A DNA stretch of 64,000 nucleotides from a virus. Made by a program: the position numbers and the translations under genes. Position 1 is the first letter of the stretch. Each line of letters begins with the position of its first letter. Under the pieces are notes generated by a model. It made no database searches. It saw only the letters and a program-made list of their open reading frames with translations, and was not told the DNA's origin. The stretch lies in the IMG/VR virus record IMGVR_UViG_3300037478_000449, positions 36,219-100,218 of that record; one strand, 5' to 3'. This document shows positions 1 through 9,296 of the stretch, in pieces.

Positions 1-59
1 CACGCCAGACCGGCTCGCCCACCGGCACGGGTGTCAGCCGCGCCGGAGAGCCAGCCGCC

Positions 60-626
60 CTAGCCGACGTTCTCGATCGTGGCCACGCCAAGCGGCTCGA
101 CATCCTGTCGAGGAAGCGGCTCCTCGTACACCAAGGCGCTGATGCCGTTGCCGACGGTGTACTCCATGTAGGAGCCGGACACGGCGTCCTTGCCGTAGTA
201 GGCGTTGCACTGGCCGCCGGAGTAATACACCCCGTCCATCGCCGGAGCCGGCACCTGGAACTGGGTGCTATTGCCGTCGCCGGGCCGGTCCTCCCACCGG
301 TACGTAGGCGTCAGGCTGGCGCAGTAGCTGACCGGCAGGCCCTCGAAGATGAAGTACCCGACCATCTGCCCATTGCTGGCCAGCAGGTAGACGTAGCTCA
401 GCTTGCCGGGCTCCTGCCCCCACGTCTCTAGCCAGAAGTTGATCGTCTCCCGGGTGCTTGAGTATCCGGCCGACTGCGCCGGCTGTGCAGCGGCCAGACG
501 CTCGTAGTTCGACTGCTGCCGGCCGGACTCCTGCTCCTGGGCCGATGGCCCCCCGTCGCAACTGCTAGCGCCGAGCAGTACGAGCGCGGCGCCGGCGGCG
601 GTGATGGTGATCAGCTTGCGGTGCAT
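60..626 (-). CDS. Putative lipoprotein
   Basis: Basic N-terminus, hydrophobic stretch, lipobox-like LGASS-C; overlaps upstream membrane gene. Confidence 0.7.
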   Translation of the reverse strand: MHRKLITITAAGAALVLLGASSCDGGPSAQEQESGRQQSNYERLAAAQPAQSAGYSSTRETINFWLETWGQEPGKLSYVYLLASNGQMVGYFIFEGLPVSYCASLTPTYRWEDRPGDGNSTQFQVPAPAMDGVYYSGGQCNAYYGKDAVSGSYMEYTVGNGISALVYEEPLPRQDVEPLGVATIENVG

Positions 627-1093
627 GCGGTCTCCTTGTTGTCGACGTGCAACTCGGCAGGCAGGTCCGCATCCCGGAACTGCCCGCTGGTGTAGTCCTT
701 GCTGGCCTCACTGTTGTACTGCCGGATCTTCCCGTCGCGTTGCGCCTGGTTAGCCGTGATCGCGCCCTGGATCTGCTCAGCGCGGCTCTGTGACGGGTCT
801 CCGTCCAGCTCGGTTCGAAGCGCCCGGATCGTGTCCTCATGACCCTGGATCGACGCGCACAGGTCGAAGAAGTATTCGTAGGCGCTGATCCGGTTGTCGG
901 CGTTGGCCTTGATCTGCTCCAGCGCTGCGGTCTCCCCCCGGAAGTCGGCGGTGCTGCGCTGGAACATGCCCCACCCGAAGATGGCCATCGACCCGACCAG
1001 GATGGCCACGGTCAAGGCGACCGCCGCGCCGCCGATCACCCACCAGGTTCCGGTGGCGATCTGCCGCGCGGACGGCCTCTCGAACTCGTACAC
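611..1093 (-). CDS. Single-pass membrane protein with coiled coil
   Basis: N-terminal TM segment WWVIGGAAVALTVAILVGSMAIFGWG; GAGG RBS. Confidence 0.7.
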   Translation of the reverse strand: MYEFERPSARQIATGTWWVIGGAAVALTVAILVGSMAIFGWGMFQRSTADFRGETAALEQIKANADNRISAYEYFFDLCASIQGHEDTIRALRTELDGDPSQSRAEQIQGAITANQAQRDGKIRQYNSEASKDYTSGQFRDADLPAELHVDNKETACTAS

Positions 1094-1096
1094 GTG

Positions 1097-1633
1097 CTAC
1101 CCCTCTTCCTCTCGTTGCTGGGTCTCCCCAAGTTGGGTGGCCACCCGGGTGGCCACGTCCGGCGGCAGCATCCACGGCACCCCCTGCTGGCCCCGGCAGT
1201 ACACCGGCTCCGGCAGGTGCACGATGTTGTCCAGCACCAGATGCCAGGCCAGCACCTGCCGCCGGCTGGTGCTGTAGTAGCGGTCGCCACACGGCAGGCA
1301 GCAGGTGCCCACGTCCGGCTGAACCTGGTGGCAGTCGACCAGCGTGGCCACCTTCACCACGGCCCCCACCGGCTGGCCAATCCGAACCCTGCTGCCCCAC
1401 ATGGCCGCGACCCGCAGGTCCCGGTCCGCTGCCGCGTCCGCGACCCTCGCCGCGTGCAGCGCCAGCCGCCCCCGGTACCGGACATGCCGGCCGCGGTTCT
1501 CGACCTGTTTGAACCCGTGGGCTATGCAGTCGATCCAGGGCCGGCGGATTGTGATCGCCGGGAACCGGTCCGGCACGCCAAGCCGGACGCCCGCCGGCTG
1601 TACCAACGTGGCGGCCCGACTCACCGCGCCCAC
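1097..1633 (-). CDS. ASCH-domain protein
   Basis: AITIRRPWIDCIAHGFKQVENR...YRGRLALHAA and PVYCRGQQGVPW match ASCH motifs. Confidence 0.8.
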   Translation of the reverse strand: MGAVSRAATLVQPAGVRLGVPDRFPAITIRRPWIDCIAHGFKQVENRGRHVRYRGRLALHAARVADAAADRDLRVAAMWGSRVRIGQPVGAVVKVATLVDCHQVQPDVGTCCLPCGDRYYSTSRRQVLAWHLVLDNIVHLPEPVYCRGQQGVPWMLPPDVATRVATQLGETQQREEEG

Positions 1634-2100
1634 CCGGCCGACTCGGCGGCATCCATCGCCTCTAGCGCGGCGTCGATGTCCGCGGCCAGCTCGTCAGCGA
1701 GCGCGTTCGGGGCCGACCCGCTAAGCTCGCCCAGCCGGCGCCGCGCGGACTCCACGATCCCGGCTAGCGTCTCGGCCCGCATCACGTCGTCGAAGGTGGC
1801 CACCTGCTCGGTGACGTGGGAGCACCACTGCCCTTCCGGCGGGTCTTCGTCTTCGCAGTCCCCTTCGCAGCAAGCCTCCGGCCCGCGCAGGTAGGACGCC
1901 GGCGCCAGTCGCTCCACTTCGTCGGCCAGGGCGGGGGCGTCCCCGGCGGACGCTGCCGCCGCCTCCAGCAGACCCATCGGGTCCTCATAGGGGAGCCCGG
2001 CGTACAGACCCTCACCCTGTCGTAGCCGCCACGCCTCCACCGCTGGCGCCGCGTCCAACGCCCGGCCCCGCATCTGTTGTAGCTCGGCCGCGTCGATCAC
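1621..2100 (-). CDS. Hypothetical phage protein
   Basis: Overlapping start/stop with neighbours in operon. Confidence 0.6.
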   Translation of the reverse strand: MIDAAELQQMRGRALDAAPAVEAWRLRQGEGLYAGLPYEDPMGLLEAAAASAGDAPALADEVERLAPASYLRGPEACCEGDCEDEDPPEGQWCSHVTEQVATFDDVMRAETLAGIVESARRRLGELSGSAPNALADELAADIDAALEAMDAAESAGWAR

Positions 2101-2318
2101 CCCGCCACCTCCCCGGCTACGGCTGGCGCACCATGCGCCAGCGCCTCCACCACCCGCTCGGCCACATGCCGCCGGTGCACGTCCCCAAGGTGATCCGGCG
2201 ACAGCAGCTCACCGAGCCGGTCGCCACACGCGCACTGGGCGCGTAGCCCCCAAAAGGTCTCCACGGTCTCGCCCCGCGAGTGCAGCAGCAGCACTCCGGC
2301 GACCAGCTCAGCCGACAC
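2097..2318 (-). CDS. Hypothetical protein (CxC/H motifs)
   Basis: Translationally coupled ORF. Confidence 0.5.
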   Translation of the reverse strand: MSAELVAGVLLLHSRGETVETFWGLRAQCACGDRLGELLSPDHLGDVHRRHVAERVVEALAHGAPAVAGEVAG

Positions 2319-3210
2319 GGGACACCTCCCGCGGGTACTCGCGGACCTGGAGATCCGGCGGGAACGCCTCGATGTCGTGGTGGTTGCGTCCCCAGTGGGA
2401 GCCCAACTGCTTGACGAACAGGGCCGTCCCGGCGCCCTGGCACTGATCAGCCAGCGAGCGCACCCAGTCCAGCTTCATCGGCCGGGCGCCCGGCCCGGAC
2501 TCGCCGCCCGCGATCAGCCAGTCAACGCCGGTCAGATCGAGCGACGGCAGCGGACCCAGCAGCGGCTCGGCGGAGATGAACCGGACCGCTGCCGGCGTCC
2601 CGCGCAGCCGCCCGGCGCGGCGACAGTGTCCGTCGTCCTCAATCGACGTCCCGATCCACGCGTTCGGCAGCGGCCACTTCATGCGGTGGTACAGCCCGGA
2701 CTCCAGCCCCGGCACGTACGTCGGGCTGTGCGGCGTAGCGGCCCACTCCATCTCGGACCGGAAGTGGACACCCGGTACATGTCCGGCGTCGCACCGGCAC
2801 TCGTCGGTGAGCATCCGCGCCAGCCGCTCCGGCCGCTTCGTGAGGATCTGGTAGGTGTGCTGCGGCGTCGCGGCCATCACCGCGAACACCCGGGCCACGA
2901 ACTCGCGCGGCACGCGGGCGTGCCCCAGGTCACTCATGCTGTTGACGAACACGGTGCGTGGCTTCCGCCACCGCAGCGGCTTCGGCAAGGTGCCCGGGTG
3001 AAGTGCCAGCCCAAACCCCGGCCCGGAGGTGCGCGGGTCACCGTCCGTCTGGTACTTCGGCGAGCCCATCGCCTTTAGCCGCTTCGCCAGCGTGAGCGCA
3101 TAGCAGTTGTCGCACCCTGCCGAAATACGGTCACAGCCGGTCGCGGGGTTCCACGTCTCGCCCTTCGTTCCTGGGCGGTGCGTCCACTCGATCGCGGTGC
3201 CGTCAGCCAC
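2308..3210 (-). CDS. DUF5131 / phage Gp37Gp68 family protein
   Basis: IEWT...TWNPATGCDRISAGCDNCYA, FVNSMSDL, QILTKRP, ISAEPLLG, WLIAGGESG; start reassigned to GTG 3210. Confidence 0.9.
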   Translation of the reverse strand: MADGTAIEWTHRPGTKGETWNPATGCDRISAGCDNCYALTLAKRLKAMGSPKYQTDGDPRTSGPGFGLALHPGTLPKPLRWRKPRTVFVNSMSDLGHARVPREFVARVFAVMAATPQHTYQILTKRPERLARMLTDECRCDAGHVPGVHFRSEMEWAATPHSPTYVPGLESGLYHRMKWPLPNAWIGTSIEDDGHCRRAGRLRGTPAAVRFISAEPLLGPLPSLDLTGVDWLIAGGESGPGARPMKLDWVRSLADQCQGAGTALFVKQLGSHWGRNHHDIEAFPPDLQVREYPREVSRVG

Positions 3211-3514
3211 GGCGGTTCCTCCCCGCCACGCACCCGCATCCGTACCGCATCTGTTGCCAGAACTCGTCACCCAGCTCGGCGTGGACAGCCAGCCGGGCGG
3301 TAACTCCCCGCTTGCCGGCGGCGGCCCGGTCCCGGGCGCGCGGGTAGAACTCGCGCCACGCCTGGTCTTCGGTCGCGAACACCTCCCTCGACGGGCCGGC
3401 GGACAGATCGGCGACCAGCACCCCGAACGGATGCCCGCAGCTGTGGGAGAACACCCAGTCGCACGCGGCCAACGGCACCACCTGCCCGTCCACCTCCACA
3501 TGCAGCTCAGCCAC
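3203..3514 (-). CDS. Hypothetical protein
   Basis: Coupled ORF with GGAGG RBS. Confidence 0.55.
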   Translation of the reverse strand: MAELHVEVDGQVVPLAACDWVFSHSCGHPFGVLVADLSAGPSREVFATEDQAWREFYPRARDRAAAGKRGVTARLAVHAELGDEFWQQMRYGCGCVAGRNRRG

Positions 3515-3764
3515 GGCCGTCCACCTCCTCCACAGTCGGCATGTCTGGCGTCTCGACGTACTCGATCCGCACCACGAGCCGGCCGCCTACGGCGGCGATG
3601 GTGACCGCACCCGGCGGCACCTCCGCCTGCGGGTGGTCGGCGGCGATCTGCCGGTAGTCGGACAGGGCCTGATGCAGTGCCGTGATCGCGTCTACGGCGT
3701 CGGCCACCGCCGGACCGGACACCGTGACGACGTGCCGCTCGGTCCGCTCCCACTGCTCACCCAC
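3507..3764 (-). CDS. Hypothetical protein
   Basis: Coupled ORF. Confidence 0.55.
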   Translation of the reverse strand: MGEQWERTERHVVTVSGPAVADAVDAITALHQALSDYRQIAADHPQAEVPPGAVTIAAVGGRLVVRIEYVETPDMPTVEEVDGRG

Positions 3765-4056
3765 GGCGGGCCTCCCGTTCCTGCCAGCGGTCTACCCTCG
3801 CGGTCCGGGTCTGGCGCCGGAGCATGACCTCGCGGGCCAGCCACACCCCGACCGCGACCGGGGCCATCCCCAGCACCGTCAGCGAGTAGGGCAGCGCCAG
3901 GCCCGGCTCGTGCTGCCAGTCGGCCAGCACGCCGAGCAGCAGCATTCCCGGCCATGCCAGCCACGGCACCGCGGCGGACACCACCCGCCCGGCAGGGCCG
4001 ACACCGGGTGTGGCGTCGGGGATCAGCAGCCGGGACAGCACGCTGCGGCCGGTCAC
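3757..4056 (-). CDS. Small two-TM membrane protein
   Basis: Two hydrophobic segments. Confidence 0.55.
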   Translation of the reverse strand: MTGRSVLSRLLIPDATPGVGPAGRVVSAAVPWLAWPGMLLLGVLADWQHEPGLALPYSLTVLGMAPVAVGVWLAREVMLRRQTRTARVDRWQEREARRG

Positions 4057-4382
4057 CGGGCCACCGCCCCGGCATACTTCGCCACGGCCGCTTCCAGTTC
4101 CCCGACCGCAACCCGGCCCGGCCGATAGTCCTTGGCGTGCCCGCGGGGCGCCTCAGTGATCACACCCGCAGCGTCGAACCGGAAGTACGCGTACCGGTCA
4201 AGCGAACCCCCGTAAGTACCCGGGACGGACGACACCAGCACCCGGGCGAAGTAGCCCTCATCGCCGTCGTCCCGGCCTACTGCCGGATGCGTACCCATGA
4301 CCGGTGGCAGCGGCACCAGCCGGAACCGCTGCTCGATCTCCGCGAACTGGATCACCCGCGCCGGCTTCGTCTTCGCTGCCAT
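4053..4382 (-). CDS. Hypothetical protein
   Basis: ATG with GAGGAG RBS, coupled. Confidence 0.6.
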   Translation of the reverse strand: MAAKTKPARVIQFAEIEQRFRLVPLPPVMGTHPAVGRDDGDEGYFARVLVSSVPGTYGGSLDRYAYFRFDAAGVITEAPRGHAKDYRPGRVAVGELEAAVAKYAGAVAR

Positions 4383-4383
4383 A

Positions 4384-4893
4384 TCAGCTCTCCTCGCTTC
4401 CGTCGTTGCTCTGGTTCGGACGGCGGCTTGACCAGCCCCCGTCGTTGCGCAGGAAGACCAGCCCGTGCAGCGCGTGCGCCATCGGAACCTGCTCGGGGTC
4501 CTGCCCGCGGCGCAGCATCCATCCGGCCTTGCGGGCAGCGGCCGGCGCGGAGTGGATCAGCCCGTGATCTCCGGCAGTCCCATGCCCGCACGTAGTCACC
4601 AGATTGGATGGCCGGTTGTCCCCGCCCTGGCTCCGCCGGAGCCGGTGGTGGATCGACCAGTCCACGCTCCGGGTGCCGTGCGCCGCTCCGCCGCACACCA
4701 CGCAGGAGTACCCATCACGCTGGAGTACCGCGTCCACGGTGGCCTGGTCCGGGCCGGTCTGCACCGGCCGCGCCCGCGGCTTCGGTGGACTGACGACTGG
4801 GCTGGCGAAGGTGGACGACGGGAACCGCTGCCCGGCCGCGGCTAGCGCCGCGCGCCGCTTGCCGCTCATCGGCTGAATCCCGATACGGCGCAT
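4384..4893 (-). CDS. HNH endonuclease
   Basis: RDGYSCVVCG...IHHRLRRSQGG...NLVTTCGHGTAGDHGLIH. Confidence 0.85.
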   Translation of the reverse strand: MRRIGIQPMSGKRRAALAAAGQRFPSSTFASPVVSPPKPRARPVQTGPDQATVDAVLQRDGYSCVVCGGAAHGTRSVDWSIHHRLRRSQGGDNRPSNLVTTCGHGTAGDHGLIHSAPAAARKAGWMLRRGQDPEQVPMAHALHGLVFLRNDGGWSSRRPNQSNDGSEES

Positions 4894-6071
4894 CAGTGCT
4901 CACCCGCCTTAGGCTTGCCGCGCTGGGCAGCCCGCTTCCGGCGGACATCGGTCCAACGGTCAACCCGTACCAGCGGCGCGGCCACGTCCTCCACGGGCGG
5001 CCGATGGGCTTCGGACAAGTCGTACAGGTCCAGCAGCCGGTTGAACGAGCCCTTGTAGTCGGGCATGTCCCGCCGCGCCGGGCGGATCACGTAGTCGCCG
5101 TACTCCCCGGCCTTGATCCCGTCCAGCAGCACCTCGGCGGCCTTCTTCGCCCGCTTCCCGTCCCGCTCCGCAGCCCGCGCGGCGACCACCTGCTCGGCCG
5201 CCCACGCGATCGTCGGATCAGCCGGCTCCACGCCGAGCACGGTGTACGACTCCGGGGACCGGCCGGCCTGCTGCGCGGCGTCGGTGTTCCAGCAGTGCGC
5301 CCGGGCCGGGCACAGCCGGCACCGCCAGTCCACCGCCGGCCCGTCGCCGTCCCGCGGCGGCACCACACCCAGGTCGAGCATGGTCGCCAGTTCCACCAGC
5401 CGGTCCAGCGCCGCCCGGGCCGCGGCCGGGTCGTACGGGCGGCGGAAGTGTTCCTCCGCGCCGTTGTCCCGGTTGACCACGATGATCCGGACCGTGCGCA
5501 CCGGCATTCCCATGTCGTCCAGGGCGTAGCCGTAGATCATCACCTGGTCCCACGCGGCCGGCGCTGGCCCTTCGTCGCCGTACGCCTCCCACTTGCGGAC
5601 ACCGGCGGTCTTGTCGTCGGTGACCTCCCCGAGCACCGGGTCGTACTCGTCGACCCGGGCGGGCTTGTCCAGCCCCGGCACCGATAGCTCAAACTCGTAC
5701 CGGCGCCACGGGTAGTAGAGGGACCGCACGGCCGCCGCTTTCTCGTGGATCAGCGACCCGAGCGCCGCCTGCCGCCGGTACTGCTGCGGCTCCGGCTGAT
5801 ACCCGTCCGGGGGCTGCTCCCGGTACCACACCTGCCGGCGGCAGGCTCCCGCGTCGGAGACCCGCGGCCCGCTGGCCCCCGAGGGGGTGTAGTCGGCGTC
5901 GATGTAGTCGGCGATGTCGTCCATGACCTGCCGGTCGGCCGATGCGAGCGCTTGTTCGGCCAGCTCCCGGGCTGCGGCCGGGGCGTCCGCCACCAGCTCC
6001 CCGGCGGCGATCCGCGCAGCGGCCCACGTCACCTCATCAAGGACAGAGCGGTCGGGCAGCACGGCGGTCAC
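4893..6071 (-). CDS. Cas4/RecB-like PD-(D/E)XK exonuclease (partner of Bet)
   Basis: SDAGACRRQVWY, GSLIHE, RVDEYD...DDKT, QVMIYG, C-terminal CRLCPARAHC; GTGA overlap with recombinase stop. Confidence 0.8.
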   Translation of the reverse strand: MTAVLPDRSVLDEVTWAAARIAAGELVADAPAAARELAEQALASADRQVMDDIADYIDADYTPSGASGPRVSDAGACRRQVWYREQPPDGYQPEPQQYRRQAALGSLIHEKAAAVRSLYYPWRRYEFELSVPGLDKPARVDEYDPVLGEVTDDKTAGVRKWEAYGDEGPAPAAWDQVMIYGYALDDMGMPVRTVRIIVVNRDNGAEEHFRRPYDPAAARAALDRLVELATMLDLGVVPPRDGDGPAVDWRCRLCPARAHCWNTDAAQQAGRSPESYTVLGVEPADPTIAWAAEQVVAARAAERDGKRAKKAAEVLLDGIKAGEYGDYVIRPARRDMPDYKGSFNRLLDLYDLSEAHRPPVEDVAAPLVRVDRWTDVRRKRAAQRGKPKAGEH

Positions 6072-7216
6072 TCGGCCACCGCCTCGGCCGGTGGGCCGTC
6101 CGGGACCGCCGGACCACGGCCGAACAGGTCCTCGCACGTCCCGGCGGCCGGAGCCCGCTGATACCGGTCGGCCTCGGCGTCCCGCTTCTGCTCCCGCAAC
6201 GCGGCGATCACGTACGGCCGAATGGCATGCACGTGCGCAGCCAGCTCATCCGGCATCGCGTCGGCGATCACCCGGCCGCCGCGGGAAGCGGACCACCGCT
6301 CGCTCAGTTGCTCGGGGGTCCTGCCCAGCACCTCCGCCTGCTCTTCCAACTCCGCGAACAGCAACACCCGGGCGTCTTCCCCGAGCGTCGGCTCCGCCGC
6401 GACCTCGACCACTTCGGCGTCGACCGTCTCCGGCTGCCGGCTCGCGTCACCGTGGGCCGCGGCGTACGCCTCACGCCGCTTGGCCGCGGAAGGGTCTTCG
6501 CCTCGCTCCCGGTCCCGGTCGAACTCCTCTGGTGCGTAGAACCCGCCGAACCGCTGCGGGAACGCGGCCCGCCACGCCTGCGCCTCCGCGCACTTGGCGG
6601 TCATCACCGTCGGCTTGCCCCCGTCGGCCGCGGTGCGCCAGTTCCCGGACGGGAGGCGTCGGCCGGTCTTCACCTTCTTCTGCTGCGCCGGGTCCCACTT
6701 CCACTCGTCAGCGATGACCACGTACTCGTCGTAGAGCGCCACCGCGTACACCGGCGCGTCGAACCCGGCACGCAGGATGCCCACCTTCGCCGCGTACGGA
6801 GCCCGGTCCCGTTGCGGCCAGACTTCCCGCCACTGCCCATCCTCGCCGCAGAACAGCGGCGTGGTCCGGCCCCGGTACTCGCCGGTCGACTCGCCACGCT
6901 TGCGGAACCCGTCGATCCCGACGTGCCGCACGTACTTGTTGCCCGGGTAGCGCATCAGGTACGCCTCACGCTGCCACGGGTCCAGCCCGCGTTCCTGGCA
7001 CTCCATCAGGAACACGGCGACCTGCCTCGGGTCCCAATCCGCCTCGATCCCCAGCGGCCCCAGCAGCACCATCTGGCCCTCGTTGAGAGCACGCTGGTCC
7101 GGCTTGAACGTCAGGGTCACACCGGAAACCTGCGTCGGGATGGTGATACTCCCGGCCTCAGCGTCGTACGACGCCACCTCCCGGCCGTTCGCCCGAACGG
7201 CTACGTCCTTGCTCAT
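6068..7216 (-). CDS. bet: Phage single-strand annealing recombinase (Bet/RecT family)
   Basis: FLMECQERGLDPWQREAYL, VGIDGFRKR, MTAKCAEAQAWRAAFP...GGFYAPEEF. Confidence 0.88.
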   Translation of the reverse strand: MSKDVAVRANGREVASYDAEAGSITIPTQVSGVTLTFKPDQRALNEGQMVLLGPLGIEADWDPRQVAVFLMECQERGLDPWQREAYLMRYPGNKYVRHVGIDGFRKRGESTGEYRGRTTPLFCGEDGQWREVWPQRDRAPYAAKVGILRAGFDAPVYAVALYDEYVVIADEWKWDPAQQKKVKTGRRLPSGNWRTAADGGKPTVMTAKCAEAQAWRAAFPQRFGGFYAPEEFDRDRERGEDPSAAKRREAYAAAHGDASRQPETVDAEVVEVAAEPTLGEDARVLLFAELEEQAEVLGRTPEQLSERWSASRGGRVIADAMPDELAAHVHAIRPYVIAALREQKRDAEADRYQRAPAAGTCEDLFGRGPAVPDGPPAEAVAE

Positions 7217-7413
7217 CGCCCCTCCGTTCCCAACGCGATCCGGGTCGCAGCCGCCAACGTGTGGCTACCTGGGTGGTCCGGGTGCTGCCAGTCGTTCTGG
7301 TTCCGGCCACGGGTCCAGCCGTTGGCCATCAGGTGCAGCCGCCGCTGGGTCGGGTTCGTCGCCCGGACCCACTGCTCCGTCCTGTTCACAGCTGGTCCTC
7401 TCGCCGCTTCCAC
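7213..7413 (-). CDS. Hypothetical protein
   Basis: Coupled small ORF. Confidence 0.45.
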   Translation of the reverse strand: MEAARGPAVNRTEQWVRATNPTQRRLHLMANGWTRGRNQNDWQHPDHPGSHTLAAATRIALGTEGR

Positions 7414-7652
7414 GCGGCCTCATCGGCGCACTCGGCCCGGTCCTCATCGGTCAGTTCGGAGGCCGGCCCCAGGTCCGGGTCCCGCACCGACCGGCCGTCC
7501 GACCCGTACACCCACCCGGTCCGCTCGCACACGGTCCGCCCGTCCGGCTGCTGCCGGGCGGTGCCGCCGCAACCCAGACCCGGGCACTGCACCCGCACCA
7601 CCAGCTGCCCGGCGTACCGGTCGACCATGGCCGCGTTCGTCCGGTCCAGCAC
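7386..7652 (-). CDS. Hypothetical Zn-ribbon-like protein
   Basis: CPGLGC...C motif. Confidence 0.5.
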   Translation of the reverse strand: MLDRTNAAMVDRYAGQLVVRVQCPGLGCGGTARQQPDGRTVCERTGWVYGSDGRSVRDPDLGPASELTDEDRAECADEAAWKRREDQL

Positions 7653-7655
7653 AGC

Positions 7656-7898
7656 TCAGCCCTCCCCGTCGGTCGCATCGGCACGCCCGGCCAGGTGCCG
7701 GTAGGCGCAGTCGTACTTCTCGCCCTGCGGCTCAAGCAGGTGGAGCCGCCGCTCTACCTCCCGCTCGACTTCGGCCCAGTCGCGCTCGCCGATGTCCGGG
7801 TAGTCCTCCCACTGGGGAGGGTTGCGGCGGACGGCGGCGGCGATGGCATGGCGGGCAACGTCCCGGACCGCCAGTTCAGTCATGGTCGGGCTGGTCAT
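7656..7898 (-). CDS. Hypothetical protein
   Basis: ATG with GAGG RBS. Confidence 0.55.
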   Translation of the reverse strand: MTSPTMTELAVRDVARHAIAAAVRRNPPQWEDYPDIGERDWAEVEREVERRLHLLEPQGEKYDCAYRHLAGRADATDGEG

Positions 7899-7899
7899 C

Positions 7900-8283
7900 T
7901 CAGCGCACCTCCTCGGGCTGGACCTGCTGGGCGTTGCGGCGCAGAGCCCGCCGGTACGCGTCGGCCACCTCCGCCGGCACCACGGTCAGCAGCAGCTCAT
8001 CGGCCTGTAGCTCCGCCAGCTCCGGGTCGGTGTTGATCGCGTCCAGCTCGGCGACCACGTCGGCAACCACGTCGGCGACAGCCACCGGCGCGACGGGCTG
8101 CTCTACCGGGATGTCGACCAGCTCGGCGGCCAGTGCCGCGATCAGCCGGGCAACCTTGCCCCGGTCCAGCAGCACCCGGGTGGTCTCACCGAACGCGCTC
8201 CCGGTCGCCAGCACGGTGCAAGCCGGGTAACGGCTGTCGCGGGTGACGTGGACCTGGGTGGTGCCGTGCCGGATGGTGGTCAT
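7900..8283 (-). CDS. Hypothetical protein
   Basis: ATG with GAGGAGG RBS. Confidence 0.6.
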   Translation of the reverse strand: MTTIRHGTTQVHVTRDSRYPACTVLATGSAFGETTRVLLDRGKVARLIAALAAELVDIPVEQPVAPVAVADVVADVVAELDAINTDPELAELQADELLLTVVPAEVADAYRRALRRNAQQVQPEEVR

Positions 8284-8294
8284 GGGGGTCCTCC

Positions 8295-8492
8295 TCAGAA
8301 CGGCAGGGCGGGCTGGGCGGGCTGGCCGGAGGCGACCAGGGCGAACGGGTCGACAGCGGCGTAGGCGGACTCGCGCGGCTGGTGCTGCCGCGCGCTGCGG
8401 CGGGAGTCGCGGCGCTGCTCAAACCGAGCCCGCCGCCGCTCCCGGTCCCGCCGGTCCCGGTCCGCTCCGGTGCTGGTGGTGGACGTCTTCAC
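8295..8492 (-). CDS. Small basic protein, probably leaderless
   Basis: GTG 7 nt downstream of TACAGT -10 box; ends QPALPF. Confidence 0.5.
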   Translation of the reverse strand: MKTSTTSTGADRDRRDRERRRARFEQRRDSRRSARQHQPRESAYAAVDPFALVASGQPAQPALPF

Positions 8493-8499
8493 GCTCACT

Positions 8500-8625
8500 A
8501 CTGTAGCATCTGCTATAGGACTTGCATAGGGCAGTCCCCTAGTAGATACCCGAGTAGGTACCAAGTGACAGCCATTGCTATAGCAGGTGCACCCGAAAGT
8601 CCTAGTGCGGAGCGGTACGATCCGC
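8500..8625. promoter_or_regulatory. Divergent promoter region with inverted repeats
   Basis: AT-richer; GCATCTGCTATAG (8507-8519) / CTATAGCAGGTGC (8578-8590); -10 boxes TACAGT (minus) and TACGAT (plus). Confidence 0.6.
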
Positions 8626-8627
8626 TC

Positions 8628-8816
8628 ATGGCGACCAAGACCGAGCTGATGGGCATCGAGGCGGCGCGGCTCCCGCTCGGGAAGCGGTCCGCCCTCGCGA
8701 AGGAGGAGGGCGTGCACACCGTGCTGACCCGCTTCGGCCAGCCGGAGACCGCGCTCGTGCCGATGGAGTGGTACCGGCGAGCCCGGGAAGCCCTCGGCGA
8801 GCCCACGGACCTGTAG
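8628..8816 (+). CDS. Phd/YefM-like antitoxin or DNA-binding protein
   Basis: MGIEAARLPLG...HTVLTRFGQPETALVPMEWY fits Phd pattern; leaderless ATG. Confidence 0.7.
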   Translation: MATKTELMGIEAARLPLGKRSALAKEEGVHTVLTRFGQPETALVPMEWYRRAREALGEPTDL

Positions 8817-9212
8817 ATGCAAGAGGACGCTACGCCCTGGGATGACCTTCGCCAGCGGTTCAGGAAGCCATGGGGCTGGTCCGGGGTCTACTGGCTGTTC
8901 GACCGCTCCGGCCGGCTGCTGTACATCGGCGCAGCCGAGAACCCGTACTACCGCTGGAAGCACCACGCCAAGCACAAGTCGTGGTGGCCAGACGTTGACC
9001 ACTCTCGGACCGAGGTCGAATGGGTTCGAGGCTATCGAGAGGTTCGAGAGGTCGAGCGTGCAGCGATCAGGCGGGACAACCCGCTCTACAACGTCGCAGA
9101 CGCACAGACGCGTATCCGACTCACCGAGGAGTTCCGCCTCCTCGTCAGGCAAGCTGGTGGCCAGGAAGCCGTCGAAGACCTGCTGCGGAGGCACCTCGAC
9201 ATTGCGGCGTAG
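8817..9212 (+). CDS. GIY-YIG nuclease
   Basis: GVYWLFDRSGRLLYIG...RWKHH...ERAAIRRDNPLYN. Confidence 0.85.
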   Translation: MQEDATPWDDLRQRFRKPWGWSGVYWLFDRSGRLLYIGAAENPYYRWKHHAKHKSWWPDVDHSRTEVEWVRGYREVREVERAAIRRDNPLYNVADAQTRIRLTEEFRLLVRQAGGQEAVEDLLRRHLDIAA

Positions 9213-9296
9213 CGCCCGGCTACGCGCTCTGGCGCGGTGGCGTTCGCCTTCCCGCTGCGCCTTGGTCGGCTGGCGTGGGTCGGTCCGGGTGGCCAT

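Noticed and set aside
4893-6071. Cas4 as part of a CRISPR adaptation module
   Set aside because: Coupled to the Bet recombinase, the usual phage exonuclease arrangement; no cas1/cas2.
5942-8230. Long plus-strand ORFs (also 12821-14653, 17062-18666, 50788-52650)
   Set aside because: Antisense shadows of real genes, common in high-GC DNA.
8295-9296. Single 333-aa minus-strand gene
   Set aside because: Its middle is antisense to the well-supported Phd and GIY-YIG genes and crosses a promoter region; only the ends look coding.
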